IMG/VR virus record: IMGVR_UViG_3300008267_000006
Coordinates: 32,001 to 96,000 of that record
Reading direction: 5' to 3' (one strand)
Length of the DNA: 64,000 bases
From: a virus
A program made the translations under genes and the position numbers. Position 1 is the stretch's first letter. Each line of letters begins with the position of its first letter. Shown here one piece after another: positions 29,001 to 38,158 of the stretch. The notes beneath the pieces are model-generated. The model made no database searches. It was not told the origin of the DNA and saw only the letters and a list, made by a program, of their open reading frames with translations.

Positions 29001-31959
29001 TTATTTGTGCATTATTTATAGTTAAATATGGTGTTAATGCACCCGTTATAGCACCGGATACCTCTAATCTATTTCCAAACGAAGAAGATATTTCATCTCT
29101 TGTTGCAAAATTTATTATTGCAAAGTTTATCGCCCCAGTTACACTAGATGTTGTTGCATAAGGTACTAATGCATCGTTTATAGCTCCAGTTGTTTCTATT
29201 CTGGTTGGGAAATTACTAATTGCTGAGTTTATGGCTCCAGTAACGCTTGATGTTGTTGCATATGGAGATAAATCAATATTATAATAAGACGCAGTAAGAG
29301 CAAAACTTGAAGTTCCGGCAAAACTACTTACTGTGCTTGATGTGTATTCATTAAAACTTGAAGTTAATAAGTAATTTGTTTTTTCAAATCCTTCTAGATT
29401 TGAAGAAGTAAGAGAATTCGTTGCAAAGCTTGAAGTAAGCGGATATCCATTAACCCATTTTGTTCCATTATATACTAATGCTTCACCTGGTTGTTGTGAT
29501 TGTAAAAGAACGTCGGTTAGGCTACCTAAATTTGTAATTAATGGTGTGCCAGATGAACCTCCACCGGCTCCAGAAGCTCCTCTAAATAAACCAGCTTGAT
29601 AAATTCTAGCTATTGTATTATTTGTGAAGTTAGCAGCATTTCCTCTCATAACTGCATATCCAACTAATATGGCGCTGGTTGCAGTATTAGCTCCTTCTGT
29701 AAATTTTTCTGTATTTATGCTTGCTATCGCATCATCTAAGCTTGCATATTTTGCTTGACCATAATATGCAAATAAAGCACCATTTACAGCTCTTGGGAAC
29801 CAATAAATTCTTTGAACTGTATATTCGCTATTACCTACAGAGGATAATACAGATCCGTTTTGATATTGAGTTGGATCAAGTGAAGTATATCCAGCATTTA
29901 AAACTCCAGTATCTATTTTTGGAGTTGAGCCGCTCATATATTGACGGTAAATCTTAGATACAGTTACCGCTTGATCATTTTCAGATGTAATTATGTTAGG
30001 AATATTTGGATTATTTGAATAATTTCTTCCTTCAACATATGAATCGCCATTTGTTTTTGTAAGAGATAAACTGGTTGATCCGCTTGCTTCTAATACGTGA
30101 CCACTAATTTTTAATGGACCAAATGCTCTTATAAAATCAAGAGTATTAGAGCCTATTCCATAAGCACTTGGTGAAGTATTAAAAGCGCCATTTGTAATAG
30201 AACCGCTTTGATGTAAAACTCTTCCTAAATAAATTCTATCTTTAAATTCAGTAAAAGAAGGAGGATTAGTTGATTGTATTATTCCACCATTAGAGCCAAT
30301 GGATACATATGTTATTTCATCCGTTAAAATGTGATCAAGAGATACACCAGTTGATGTAGGCCAAGAAACAAAATTAACAGTAGGATAAGGATCGGATGAA
30401 GTTGATGCATTAAAAGAAACAATTAATCCAGAACCAGATAAAACATTAAACGTAGTGCTTCCATTTGTTGTAGATAGGATACCACCATGTAATAGTCCTG
30501 TATTAAGTAAACCTTCTAGCCACCTCAATCTAATTGTATTTGTATATGGACCCTGGTATTGAGTAAAATATACATCGTTTGTTGAACCCGATGTATAAAT
30601 ATATGAAGCTGTTGTATTAGTCGGTATGCTTGTTACTGTTACTGGTAGTAACTGTAAGTACGTATTTATTGATGCTTTATCTGTTGCAAAGAATGTTGAA
30701 GCGGTTAAGTTTGTAAAATTTCCAGTCGTGCCGCTAATAGTTGTTGCGATAACTGATGATAAAGAAATGTTATCTTTTAATCCAATTGGATCAGATAATT
30801 TGCCGCTTCCGGTTATATTTCCATTTGTTGCAGCACCAGTTATATAATTTGTTAAAGCTCCAGTAATAGCTCCAGAAACTTGTTGAGGCACAACAAAGGT
30901 TCCAGAAACTCCGGTTAAAGTAGCAAAAGAAGAGGAGACATTATCAGATATTGCATATGGATGTAGAGCAGCTGTTATAGCACCAGATACTTGAAAGCGA
31001 TCTGCAAATGAAGCAGATAGATTTTCTATAGTTACAAAAGTTCCAGATACACCACTTAGTGTAGCATATGAAGCAGTGACGCCATTTAGTGTAGCAAAAG
31101 TGCCAGAAACTCCAGATAATGTTGCATATGTTGATTGTGCGTTTGTTATCAATAAATATGGAGTTAATGCTCCAGTTATTGCTCCAGATACTTCGGTTCT
31201 TACTGTATAATTTTCTAATGATGAAGTTATCGCCCCAGATACTTCTACTCTCTCAGCAAAATTAATTGTTGATGAAGTTATTGCACCGGAAACTTGATTT
31301 GGTGTAGCAAAAGAGCTTGAGATATTATCTGAAATTGCATAAATTTGTAATGCACCAGTTATCGCACCACTTACTTCTGATCTACTTGAAAAATTAATTA
31401 TAGAAGCAGTTATAGCACCAGAAACTTGAACTGGGGTTGTGAATGAACTTGAAACATTATCTGAAACAGCATAAATCTGCAAGCTTGAAGTTATTGCACC
31501 GGAAACTTCATTTCTCGTTGAAAAATCTTGTATTGAAGAAGTAATAGCACCAGAAACACTTGATGGAATAACAAAAGTACCAGATACGCCTGTTAAAGTA
31601 GCATAATTAACTAAATTATTTACAGCTGATTCTGGAATATTATATAATCCAGCGCCATCTCCAACAAAAGATGCGGAAACACCAGAAGCACTTATATTTG
31701 TGGATACGCTTAATGTTCCATTTATTTGTGCAGCCGATGCAGTTAATTTTTGAATACTTATATCGTCTAATAATGTAACAGGATTTCCAGAAGTTCCGCT
31801 TCCGGTTATATTTCCTGATGTTTTTACTGTTATTGAACCACCAGCACCAACATCTCCAGCAATCCATGATTGTTTTGGTTCGGACCAAACAAGAGCTTGA
31901 CCATCAGAACCAGTTACATAGGGTATACCATATACTGAAAATCCGTCATTAAAAGACAT
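26089..31959 (-). CDS. Giant repetitive fibre/adhesin (1956 aa) with YadA-like head repeats
   Basis: Dozens of (E/Q)V(S/T)GAI repeats, SHAEG/AHSEG beta-roll repeats, VGNGTS..ARSN, C-terminal F.SDGTNW domain. Confidence 0.8.
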   Translation of the reverse strand: MSFNDGFSVYGIPYVTGSDGQALVWSEPKQSWIAGDVGAGGSITVKTSGNITGSGTSGNPVTLLDDISIQKLTASAAQINGTLSVSTNISASGVSASFVGDGAGLYNIPESAVNNLVNYATLTGVSGTFVIPSSVSGAITSSIQDFSTRNEVSGAITSSLQIYAVSDNVSSSFTTPVQVSGAITASIINFSSRSEVSGAITGALQIYAISDNISSSFATPNQVSGAITSSTINFAERVEVSGAITSSLENYTVRTEVSGAITGALTPYLLITNAQSTYATLSGVSGTFATLNGVTASYATLSGVSGTFVTIENLSASFADRFQVSGAITAALHPYAISDNVSSSFATLTGVSGTFVVPQQVSGAITGALTNYITGAATNGNITGSGKLSDPIGLKDNISLSSVIATTISGTTGNFTNLTASTFFATDKASINTYLQLLPVTVTSIPTNTTASYIYTSGSTNDVYFTQYQGPYTNTIRLRWLEGLLNTGLLHGGILSTTNGSTTFNVLSGSGLIVSFNASTSSDPYPTVNFVSWPTSTGVSLDHILTDEITYVSIGSNGGIIQSTNPPSFTEFKDRIYLGRVLHQSGSITNGAFNTSPSAYGIGSNTLDFIRAFGPLKISGHVLEASGSTSLSLTKTNGDSYVEGRNYSNNPNIPNIITSENDQAVTVSKIYRQYMSGSTPKIDTGVLNAGYTSLDPTQYQNGSVLSSVGNSEYTVQRIYWFPRAVNGALFAYYGQAKYASLDDAIASINTEKFTEGANTATSAILVGYAVMRGNAANFTNNTIARIYQAGLFRGASGAGGGSSGTPLITNLGSLTDVLLQSQQPGEALVYNGTKWVNGYPLTSSFATNSLTSSNLEGFEKTNYLLTSSFNEYTSSTVSSFAGTSSFALTASYYNIDLSPYATTSSVTGAINSAISNFPTRIETTGAINDALVPYATTSSVTGAINFAIINFATRDEISSSFGNRLEVSGAITGALTPYLTINNAQIIYATLDGVSSSFVIPTQVSSAITSAIGDFSNRSEVSGAITGALTPYLTISNAQTTYTTPTQISATITSSNNQLRTEITGAISESLIPYALTSSVTGAINDSLINYVTKTDLSSSFTTHTQTSGAITASLENYAVRSEISGAITSSLYSYAISDNVSASFTTPVQVSGAITASLENYTVRTEVSGAITGALTPYLTITNAQSTYATLVGVSASFTTEMQVSGAITASQVAFPIRSEVTGAINDALVPYATTSSVTGAINDSLVQYPIRSEVTGAIDERLLIYATTASVTGAINSSINNLPNRSEVSGAITGALTPYLEISTANTTYATLAGVSASFVIPTQVSSAITSAINDFPIRSEVSGAITGALNPYAKSSDVSSSFGLKTDLTASYARLGSANTFAAQTNIFSNDIIVNGTASIALLNTLNQQSLIVGDKYITIMSGSNTHELLDGAGLLYGSGSTDITTGEQNSVAHIVYRKGNAPIDLVTDYIEIFPGLKVSGSLTSSAAISSSGGFYGDGSGLILSNYATLDGVSSSFSTPVQVSGAITSALQPYAKLSNENSFTANQIITGSLTVTSNISSSGGVTGSFNGIGTNITNITASNIDNFTTDARNQFIAGQNISIDYNTGIITASAGTVDLTDYAKSADVTSSFARLAAINTFTSNQNISASVNISGSLNITGSATSSIEVNNSTQALKITQRGTGQAIFADGRVVIGSITGGNSISSTYSLIVGSNNMAQGGNSSVALGNANKALEAYILVHGNSNVANNRGSHAEGISTVTSGAYAHSEGSGTLASGIGSHAEGQWVTASGDYSHAEGLWTIASASYQHVEGKYNATSSTALMLVGNGTSNAARSNILEVYTGSVVVSGSLITSDGLQVGGGVKLAISTKTSNYNLTASTDYIIAFSGSSLTGTLPNAAGIQGSAFVIKNLHTSSLFVTSSAATIDGQATGLTIYTQYTSYNFISDGTNWLVF
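27880..31570 (-). repeat. Two blocks of intragenic degenerate repeats (about 27880-29260 and 30850-31570) encoding VSGAITxxL units
   Basis: Visible recurrences; exact 38-nt duplication ccagatacttcggttcttactgtataattttctaatga at 28451-28488 and 31184-31221. Confidence 0.8.
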
Positions 31960-31977
31960 TCTTTATTTTTCCTTGTA

Positions 31978-32376
31978 TTAACCAACTCCAGCAGAGCCAG
32001 ACCAGTTATTTGGTAAATTAGAACTATCAATGCCAGTTAAACCAGCAATAATAGAAGCAGATACTTGTGATCCATTGTTTGAACGGATATAGAGTTCTGT
32101 AATTCTAATGTCTGCTTGAAAAGATTCACCTTTGGATAAAAGGAAATAATGATTAGTATCTTTTAGGCCATTTGCACTAAAACCAACCCGTAAATCAACT
32201 GAAGTTGAATTTATATTTTTTATAACTATTGATTTAGTTACATTTGGAAATTTTATTTGTAGAGGTTCAGACGAATTAACTGGGGCAACTGAAGAAGTTA
32301 CCCAAGGCATACCAGAAATTTGATAACTTCCTACGCTTCCTATACCTGGTTGTGGTGTATAATACGGATTTGCCAT
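31978..32376 (-). CDS. Putative virion structural protein
   Basis: YQISGMPWVTSS, FPNVTK, LRVGFS; between the protease and fibre genes. Confidence 0.7.
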   Translation of the reverse strand: MANPYYTPQPGIGSVGSYQISGMPWVTSSVAPVNSSEPLQIKFPNVTKSIVIKNINSTSVDLRVGFSANGLKDTNHYFLLSKGESFQADIRITELYIRSNNGSQVSASIIAGLTGIDSSNLPNNWSGSAGVG

Positions 32377-32377
32377 T

Positions 32378-32983
32378 TTATTTTCTCACTATGTCATTAA
32401 GCAAACGATTTAAACGATCTGCTTTTGTAAATATTTCTTCTTCTTTTCTTACTTTTCCTTCACTCATCATAAAAGCGCCAGGAGTAGAAGGTTCTTGTAC
32501 GAAATCAAAACAAATAAGTTGAAAATCATCTTCAACAATTGTTTTACCACTTTCTTTTCTTGTTGAACCTAAACCACGGGAACTAATACCTAATTTAACT
32601 CCACCTTTAACAAGATTTTTTAATATATTGCCAGATGGCGTATCAAGAACTTTTACCTTGCCCATTACGTTATTGCCGTCCCACCACATTTTTGTAACCA
32701 TGTGTGAAACATTTTTTAAATTAATAACAGAATCGTCTGGATGATCTAATTCTCCTAACGCTCTACTATCTTGAATAATTTTTTGATAATTTTCAACTTC
32801 TCTATCTAAAATTTTTCTAGAATAAACACGACCGTTACCATTTTCTTGATCACATTTTTGCATTATGCCGGTTAACATTAAACCGCCGCCTCTAACAAAA
32901 ACTTTTTCTTCTTCTGTCAAAAGATCTTGACAGACTCCACCTTCACAAAGTGAATAATATTCTCTAAGAAGCTGTTTGCTCAT
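32378..32983 (-). CDS. Prohead core protease (T4 gp21-like)
   Basis: NGNGRVY, ALGELDHP, NVSH, LDTPSG, GISSRGLGS, DFVQEPST. Confidence 0.97.
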   Translation of the reverse strand: MSKQLLREYYSLCEGGVCQDLLTEEEKVFVRGGGLMLTGIMQKCDQENGNGRVYSRKILDREVENYQKIIQDSRALGELDHPDDSVINLKNVSHMVTKMWWDGNNVMGKVKVLDTPSGNILKNLVKGGVKLGISSRGLGSTRKESGKTIVEDDFQLICFDFVQEPSTPGAFMMSEGKVRKEEEIFTKADRLNRLLNDIVRK

Positions 32984-33237
32984 TATTGTACCTGAACTCC
33001 AAAAGTTTTTAGGTATGCAACAATTTTAGCATGAGATTGCGGATTCATGGATTTAATCGCAGCTAACGCTTGTGCTAGTTCTGGTGGAGGTGGTGTTGCT
33101 GGCTTTGCTGGCTGCGCTGGAGCTGCTGCTGGCGCTGCGGGTGCTGGCGTTCCGGCTGGTGCTGGTGCTGCGGGAGCAGTTGCTTCAAGCAAATGCTTTC
33201 TTACTAATTTTTTTAATATATTTTTAGAAATTTCCAT
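32983..33237 (-). CDS. Small Pro/Ala-rich probable internal head protein
   Basis: MEISKNILKKLVRKHLLEA N-terminus followed by a PA-rich linker. Confidence 0.7.
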   Translation of the reverse strand: MEISKNILKKLVRKHLLEATAPAAPAPAGTPAPAAPAAAPAQPAKPATPPPPELAQALAAIKSMNPQSHAKIVAYLKTFGVQVQ

Positions 33238-33262
33238 TTTATTTTCCTAACTTAAAATTAGT

Positions 33263-33298
33263 TATAGCCCTGTAGATTTTTTTCTCTACAGGGCTATA
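33263..33298. terminator. 14-bp hairpin (terminator or RNA-stability element)
   Basis: tatagccctgtaga/tctacagggctata. Confidence 0.6.
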
Positions 33299-33299
33299 G

Positions 33300-33374
33300 T
33301 TAATTACCAGAACAACAATGACGTACTGGTCTTACCATGCGACGAACATAAGTAATATCTTGTTTTTCACGCAT
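33300..33374 (-). CDS. 24-aa peptide MREKQDITYVRRMVRPVRHCCSGN, not in the ORF track
   Basis: GGAGGTG SD at 33385-33391, late-type motif at 33398-33407, hairpin right after the stop. Confidence 0.6.
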   Translation of the reverse strand: MREKQDITYVRRMVRPVRHCCSGN

Positions 33375-33410
33375 CGATAATCATCACCTCCATTCAGTAT
33401 AAATAGTGAA

Positions 33411-33704
33411 TTATTCATTCTTTTTCACTTTTATTGTTAAACCGTCGTCATCTGCCATCCTACTGATTAAATAGGATGTTCCCGACGAAATACACCCAGA
33501 TAAAAAGCTACCAATGATAAAATCGTTAAAAAAATCCATATCAAGTAGTAGCATAAGTGTATTTACGAATATACCTACCCAGAAACCAACACACATCGTG
33601 CAATGAAAAAAGTGATGCTTTGGTCTTATCTTTTCAAATATCTTTGAATAGACAAGAACCATTGTCATTCCATAACATGCTAATATAAAAGCTAATAAAT
33701 TCAT
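33411..33704 (-). CDS. Small membrane protein with a CxxC motif (DUF1360-like)
   Basis: Three hydrophobic segments; FHCTMCVGFWVG. Confidence 0.7.
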   Translation of the reverse strand: MNLLAFILACYGMTMVLVYSKIFEKIRPKHHFFHCTMCVGFWVGIFVNTLMLLLDMDFFNDFIIGSFLSGCISSGTSYLISRMADDDGLTIKVKKNE

Positions 33705-33712
33705 ATTATTTC

Positions 33713-34237
33713 CTAATAATTATAACGATAAATACCGCGAGTTGGGAAGCCATATTTTGGAATACTTCCTTTAAACTCCTCTTGTGGAACTTCTCCAAGT
33801 TCAGTAGAGTCTTCTAGATCTGGCTCTAGTAGAGATTTTTCATAATCTTCTTCAAATTCTTTTTCTTTATTTAATATTGGCATCTCATCTTCTATAAAGT
33901 TTGCAACATTATACACAACAACTTGTAAAACATCTTCTCCACCTGGAGATTTTTGTGGATATGAACCTTGTAAAGATCCGTATACATTACCAGCAGTTAC
34001 TGATTCTGGTAAAATAACGCCTTTTTTAACCATATAATTAAATAATTTTTCTTGGAGACTATAAACCTTATCTGTTTGTTCGTCTTTTGGTAATACAAGA
34101 ACCTTAAATTTTTGTGGTAGCACAATAACATCTATTTCTGGATGTTCGTGTAATAAATAATCTCCAGAAAGAGTTCTTTTGATCATTAACTCTTTTTGTA
34201 GACCGGTTTTTTTATCTTTGATAGAGATTCTTAACAT
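33713..34237 (-). CDS. Hypothetical protein
   Basis: Coupled ORF in the portal operon; STELGEVPQ motif. Confidence 0.75.
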   Translation of the reverse strand: MLRISIKDKKTGLQKELMIKRTLSGDYLLHEHPEIDVIVLPQKFKVLVLPKDEQTDKVYSLQEKLFNYMVKKGVILPESVTAGNVYGSLQGSYPQKSPGGEDVLQVVVYNVANFIEDEMPILNKEKEFEEDYEKSLLEPDLEDSTELGEVPQEEFKGSIPKYGFPTRGIYRYNY

Positions 34238-35067
34238 TAATTTGCTACCTCTTTAACAAATTGTTGAATTTTTAGAATTTTTTCAAGCATGTCTTGAGAA
34301 ATATCTTTTACATCTTTAAAATTATTTAAAAAATTAAGAGTTTTTAAAGTTTTTTCTTTCATACTTGGATCTTTCTTAATATCCTCTGAATCCATAGACT
34401 CAGAGACTGCTTTTTTTAAGCGATCTAACTCTTCGTTTAGATATACTTTAAATTCTATCATGTTATTTGAGAAAGAATTAATATAATTTGTTAATAATTC
34501 TTTCTGTTCGCTTAATAAGCCACTGTATTTCTCATTAAATTTTTTTGTGAACGTCTTTAAGAGAAAATTATCAACTGGTTGTAGGTTTTTTTGCTCTTTT
34601 TTATCGTTTACTATCTTTATTTTTTCTAAAATAACTTTTTCTAATAAAATTTTATCTTTTACTTTTGTTTTTGGATTAAAAACAAGAGAAATAGTTGCTA
34701 AATCTTTATAATTTGGAACAAAATTATTAAATACGTTCTGTCCAAGAGATTTATTTATTTTGTTAATTAGTCTGGATTGTTCATTAAATATTTTTGTAGG
34801 ATTTAAGCGAAAATATCTATTTTCAACCTCTTTTAAAAACGATTCTGCTAATTCTTCTTCAACAGTATTATCTTTTAAAGAAGAATAAAGCTCTAATTCT
34901 TTATATAATTCTGTTTTTTGAGAAAAATATTCAACAATAATAGATTTTATCTCTTTTGCTCTAGTAATATTTTTTTCTAGTGCTGCTTTTGTGCCTTCTC
35001 TTAAAAGAACTTCGTAAAGAAAAGCGGTATTTCTTTTCTTATTATGATTCATCTTTTTTGTCTCCAA
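34237..35067 (-). CDS. Hypothetical head-module protein
   Basis: HNKKRNTAFLYEVL, VPNYK.LATI, FNEKYS.L..EQK.LL; directly after the portal gene. Confidence 0.8.
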   Translation of the reverse strand: METKKMNHNKKRNTAFLYEVLLREGTKAALEKNITRAKEIKSIIVEYFSQKTELYKELELYSSLKDNTVEEELAESFLKEVENRYFRLNPTKIFNEQSRLINKINKSLGQNVFNNFVPNYKDLATISLVFNPKTKVKDKILLEKVILEKIKIVNDKKEQKNLQPVDNFLLKTFTKKFNEKYSGLLSEQKELLTNYINSFSNNMIEFKVYLNEELDRLKKAVSESMDSEDIKKDPSMKEKTLKTLNFLNNFKDVKDISQDMLEKILKIQQFVKEVAN

Positions 35068-38000
35068 TTACTTCTTTCTTTTTTGTTAAAAAGCCGCTCA
35101 TAGAGCTTAATTTATCTTGCACTTCATTTAATAACTGCTCATCTTTTTCAAAAAGATCGCGTTCATAAGTTTCGCCAACAATTCCTCTTGATAGTGTTCT
35201 TAGTCCAGATGACTTAAATGTATTATTTGCTTTTGTTGTTGTTCTTAACGCAGCTAAAGCTTTAAGACTATTTGTTCTTGATCCACCAGAATAGTTTGGA
35301 GAAGCAACAGGTGTATATTCTTTACCCTTTGCACCTGGTGACGTATGAGAAGGCTTAACTGCATATGGATCTTCGCGTCTAGCTGGAGCTGCTAATAACG
35401 GATTTCCAGGTTCTCCAGGGGGAGGAGATGCTTCTGCTCCACCTTCTGCTGGTGGTGTTTCTGTTTCTGGTGCAGGCGTTTCTCCAGTTGACGCATCACC
35501 TCCAGATGGCATTCCACCACCACCGCCACTAGCGGCAGCAGCTTCTTCTTGACCAGCTGCTTCAAGTGATTTAGTAAATGCACTATCGTAATATAGATCT
35601 CTTTGAATTCTAACGAATTCATCATCATGCATCTTAAATATATTTTCATATATCCAACGCTTGCTGAATCCTTGTTCTTTTGAAGTGCCTGCTATTTCTA
35701 ATTGTGCTTTAAAATGCTCAATTTCTTGCATTTCTGCTAATTTTGAAGGATTTTGTAGATTTATTTTAAATTTAATTAAATCATCATTTCTAAATCCTAA
35801 AGTATATAAGTGAATCATACCTATTTTTTCTAATTCGCTTATAAGTGTTCTTTGAAGACGTTGTATTGTTCTAGCAAATCTCATGTCTTTTTGAGCAAGG
35901 GTTGTTTTATCTTCAGCTGCACCCTCTCCTCTAGAAAGATAAGCTTGTGGAATTTTTATAGCTGAAAACAGTTTGTCTCTTAGGTATTTTACGTCTTCAA
36001 TTGCACTAGTAAATTGACCACCAGGTAAATTTTCTATCTTTGTTCCGCTCGCTTGCCCACGAACTGGAATATAGAAATCTTCATCTATACTCATTGGGTT
36101 ATAACGTAAATCAACTCGACCAGTTGTTGGGTCAACAATTTGATTACGTTTCATTTGTGTAATAATTTTTTGAACATATTGCTCAACATCTGCTGGGGCA
36201 ATATTACCAACATCAATATAAAACACTCTACGTTCTGGGCTTCTAACAATACGGTAAGCCATCATGGCATCTTCCATCAAATTTAATTGACGCCAGATAC
36301 GACGGGCTGGTTCTAGAACTGATGTACCGTATGGAGCATATTTATCTTGCCCAAGAATACGAAAATGTGCAATTTGCCAATTTTCAAATGTTAATCCAGC
36401 TGTATTCCATTGAAATTGAACATAATTTGGGTTACTTTCATCTTCACCTTCTATTCTTTCTACTTCTGGGGAAGGCAATCCAAGAACGTTTTTGATGCCT
36501 AACTTTTCATCAATATCAAGATATAGGAAAAAATCTCCAAATTTACACATTGTACGGCACCAACCATACAAATTTTGTTCTACATTAAGAATTTTATAAT
36601 ATAGGGTATGTAAAAGAGATCTAATTTCTTCATTTTTACAGTCAATAACAAGAAGAGGTCTAAAAAGATTAGAAGTTGTCATCTCGTCAGCATAAATATC
36701 TAATGCTGATGCAATCTCAGGTGTATTATGAGAAATAATTGAATCAGTAGCAAAATTTTTATAGCCGTCTACAGTTAAATCATAAAGATCAATAAAGCCA
36801 TAATACTCTACTGATTGAACTTTGTGATTTTGATAATTTTCTTCAAAATCCTTAAATGTTTTAAATCCATTAGATTTTATTCTATTTTTTACTTTTATTT
36901 CTGTTGTTTCTAATCTGTGAGCAATGTCGGCCATCTTCATGCCTTTTTCATAGACTGAACAAATCTTTTCAAAATTTAAACTATGGTCATACCTTGGATT
37001 TTTATTGCCAGTATTATCACAACCAGCATTTTTCCAATCAGGACTATACGCTTTTGCAAACATTTCAAAGTTTACGAAACCTTTTGCTTTTAGTTTGCGC
37101 TTGATTGTTGGAGGTTCTGTATCGAGCATTTTACAGATATTATTTTGATGGAATCCATAAATGTCGCAAAGATAGAGTATTTTCTCGAAAGTAATATCTT
37201 TACGCTCTGCCGGATTATTTTGTTTCATATATTCTGAATGCTTTTTACGGAACTCCTCCCACCAGCCACTATTTTTTCTTTGTTCGTTAATAATAGATTG
37301 ATGATATGCTAAATGAGCATCATTATTCATAATCTCTAGATTATCAGGGCTATTATCATATTTGATGAAGTTTTTGTGATGTACAACTTCATTTGTATCT
37401 ATTCTACGCCCTGCAATCCATTCTGCTATTAGTATATGTTCAGCAATCCACCCCTTTTTACGACCTTCATCGTTGTGCATAGTATAAATCCAGCGATATC
37501 CATCACCTTCATCTTTTTGTCCACGTATTAAATCTTTACGATAGAAAGGCATCATAGCATCGCCAGTCTTTAAATCAGATATGGTTCTATAAGTACCATC
37601 CCTCATCATAAGACGATGATCGGCAGTACCAATAATATATTGACCATTTTCAAAAGTTACTTTCCAAGCATGGTCGGTGCGCGTTTTTCTTGCTTGTCTA
37701 CCTAGTGCTGGTACTATTTGTTGTTTTGAGTGATCAAACGAATAGACTATGAATTCTTTATCTAGTCCATATTCACTTGTTAATTCTTTTAATGTTTTGT
37801 AACCGCCAGGTACGGCAATCTTAGTATCTCCATGTAAGCAAAATTCCATTTGATCAAAGTCAGAATACCTTTCGGCACGACTTTGGTTAGCCATAATGTT
37901 ACTTTGGATAGCTTCAAAGGGATTGTAGCTTTTCTTTTTAAAGCTTTGACCACTGGCGGATGTAAATTTAAAGCGATCTAGATCTCTTCTTTTATATCTA

Positions 38001-38155
38001 ATTTGAGATTGTTGTCTATAAGACGTTACAGGACCAGAAAATAATCTTGTTAGGGCAACATAAAGTGCCGATTCTTTATTTTTTGGATTCTTTTCAGAAA
38101 CATCTTGACTTGGTGCGGTGTTTCTATTCATGTTAGACTGTGAATTTGTAGCCAT
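35042..38155 (-). CDS. Portal protein (T4 gp20-like) containing an intein
   Basis: PEIASALDIYADE, PYGTSVLE, EDAMMAYRIVRSPERRVFYIDVGN, EDFYIPVR, LPGG, KIPQAYL, RFAR. Confidence 0.96.
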   Translation of the reverse strand: MATNSQSNMNRNTAPSQDVSEKNPKNKESALYVALTRLFSGPVTSYRQQSQIRYKRRDLDRFKFTSASGQSFKKKSYNPFEAIQSNIMANQSRAERYSDFDQMEFCLHGDTKIAVPGGYKTLKELTSEYGLDKEFIVYSFDHSKQQIVPALGRQARKTRTDHAWKVTFENGQYIIGTADHRLMMRDGTYRTISDLKTGDAMMPFYRKDLIRGQKDEGDGYRWIYTMHNDEGRKKGWIAEHILIAEWIAGRRIDTNEVVHHKNFIKYDNSPDNLEIMNNDAHLAYHQSIINEQRKNSGWWEEFRKKHSEYMKQNNPAERKDITFEKILYLCDIYGFHQNNICKMLDTEPPTIKRKLKAKGFVNFEMFAKAYSPDWKNAGCDNTGNKNPRYDHSLNFEKICSVYEKGMKMADIAHRLETTEIKVKNRIKSNGFKTFKDFEENYQNHKVQSVEYYGFIDLYDLTVDGYKNFATDSIISHNTPEIASALDIYADEMTTSNLFRPLLVIDCKNEEIRSLLHTLYYKILNVEQNLYGWCRTMCKFGDFFLYLDIDEKLGIKNVLGLPSPEVERIEGEDESNPNYVQFQWNTAGLTFENWQIAHFRILGQDKYAPYGTSVLEPARRIWRQLNLMEDAMMAYRIVRSPERRVFYIDVGNIAPADVEQYVQKIITQMKRNQIVDPTTGRVDLRYNPMSIDEDFYIPVRGQASGTKIENLPGGQFTSAIEDVKYLRDKLFSAIKIPQAYLSRGEGAAEDKTTLAQKDMRFARTIQRLQRTLISELEKIGMIHLYTLGFRNDDLIKFKINLQNPSKLAEMQEIEHFKAQLEIAGTSKEQGFSKRWIYENIFKMHDDEFVRIQRDLYYDSAFTKSLEAAGQEEAAAASGGGGGMPSGGDASTGETPAPETETPPAEGGAEASPPPGEPGNPLLAAPARREDPYAVKPSHTSPGAKGKEYTPVASPNYSGGSRTNSLKALAALRTTTKANNTFKSSGLRTLSRGIVGETYERDLFEKDEQLLNEVQDKLSSMSGFLTKKKEVIGDKKDES
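36725..37840 (-). mobile_element. Intein (372 aa) with HNH homing endonuclease, inserted in the portal
   Basis: Block A CLHGDTKI, block B GTADHRLM, HNH VVHHKNFIKYDNSPDNL, block F LYDLTVDGYKNF, C-terminal SHN followed by Thr+1; removal restores DFDQMEF/TPEIASALD. Confidence 0.93.
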
Positions 38156-38158
38156 ATT

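Noticed and set aside
27880-31570. Repeats considered as a CRISPR array or DGR template/variable repeats
   Set aside because: Repeats are in-frame, degenerate at synonymous positions, lack unique spacers and adenine-specific differences, and no cas or reverse transcriptase gene is in the window
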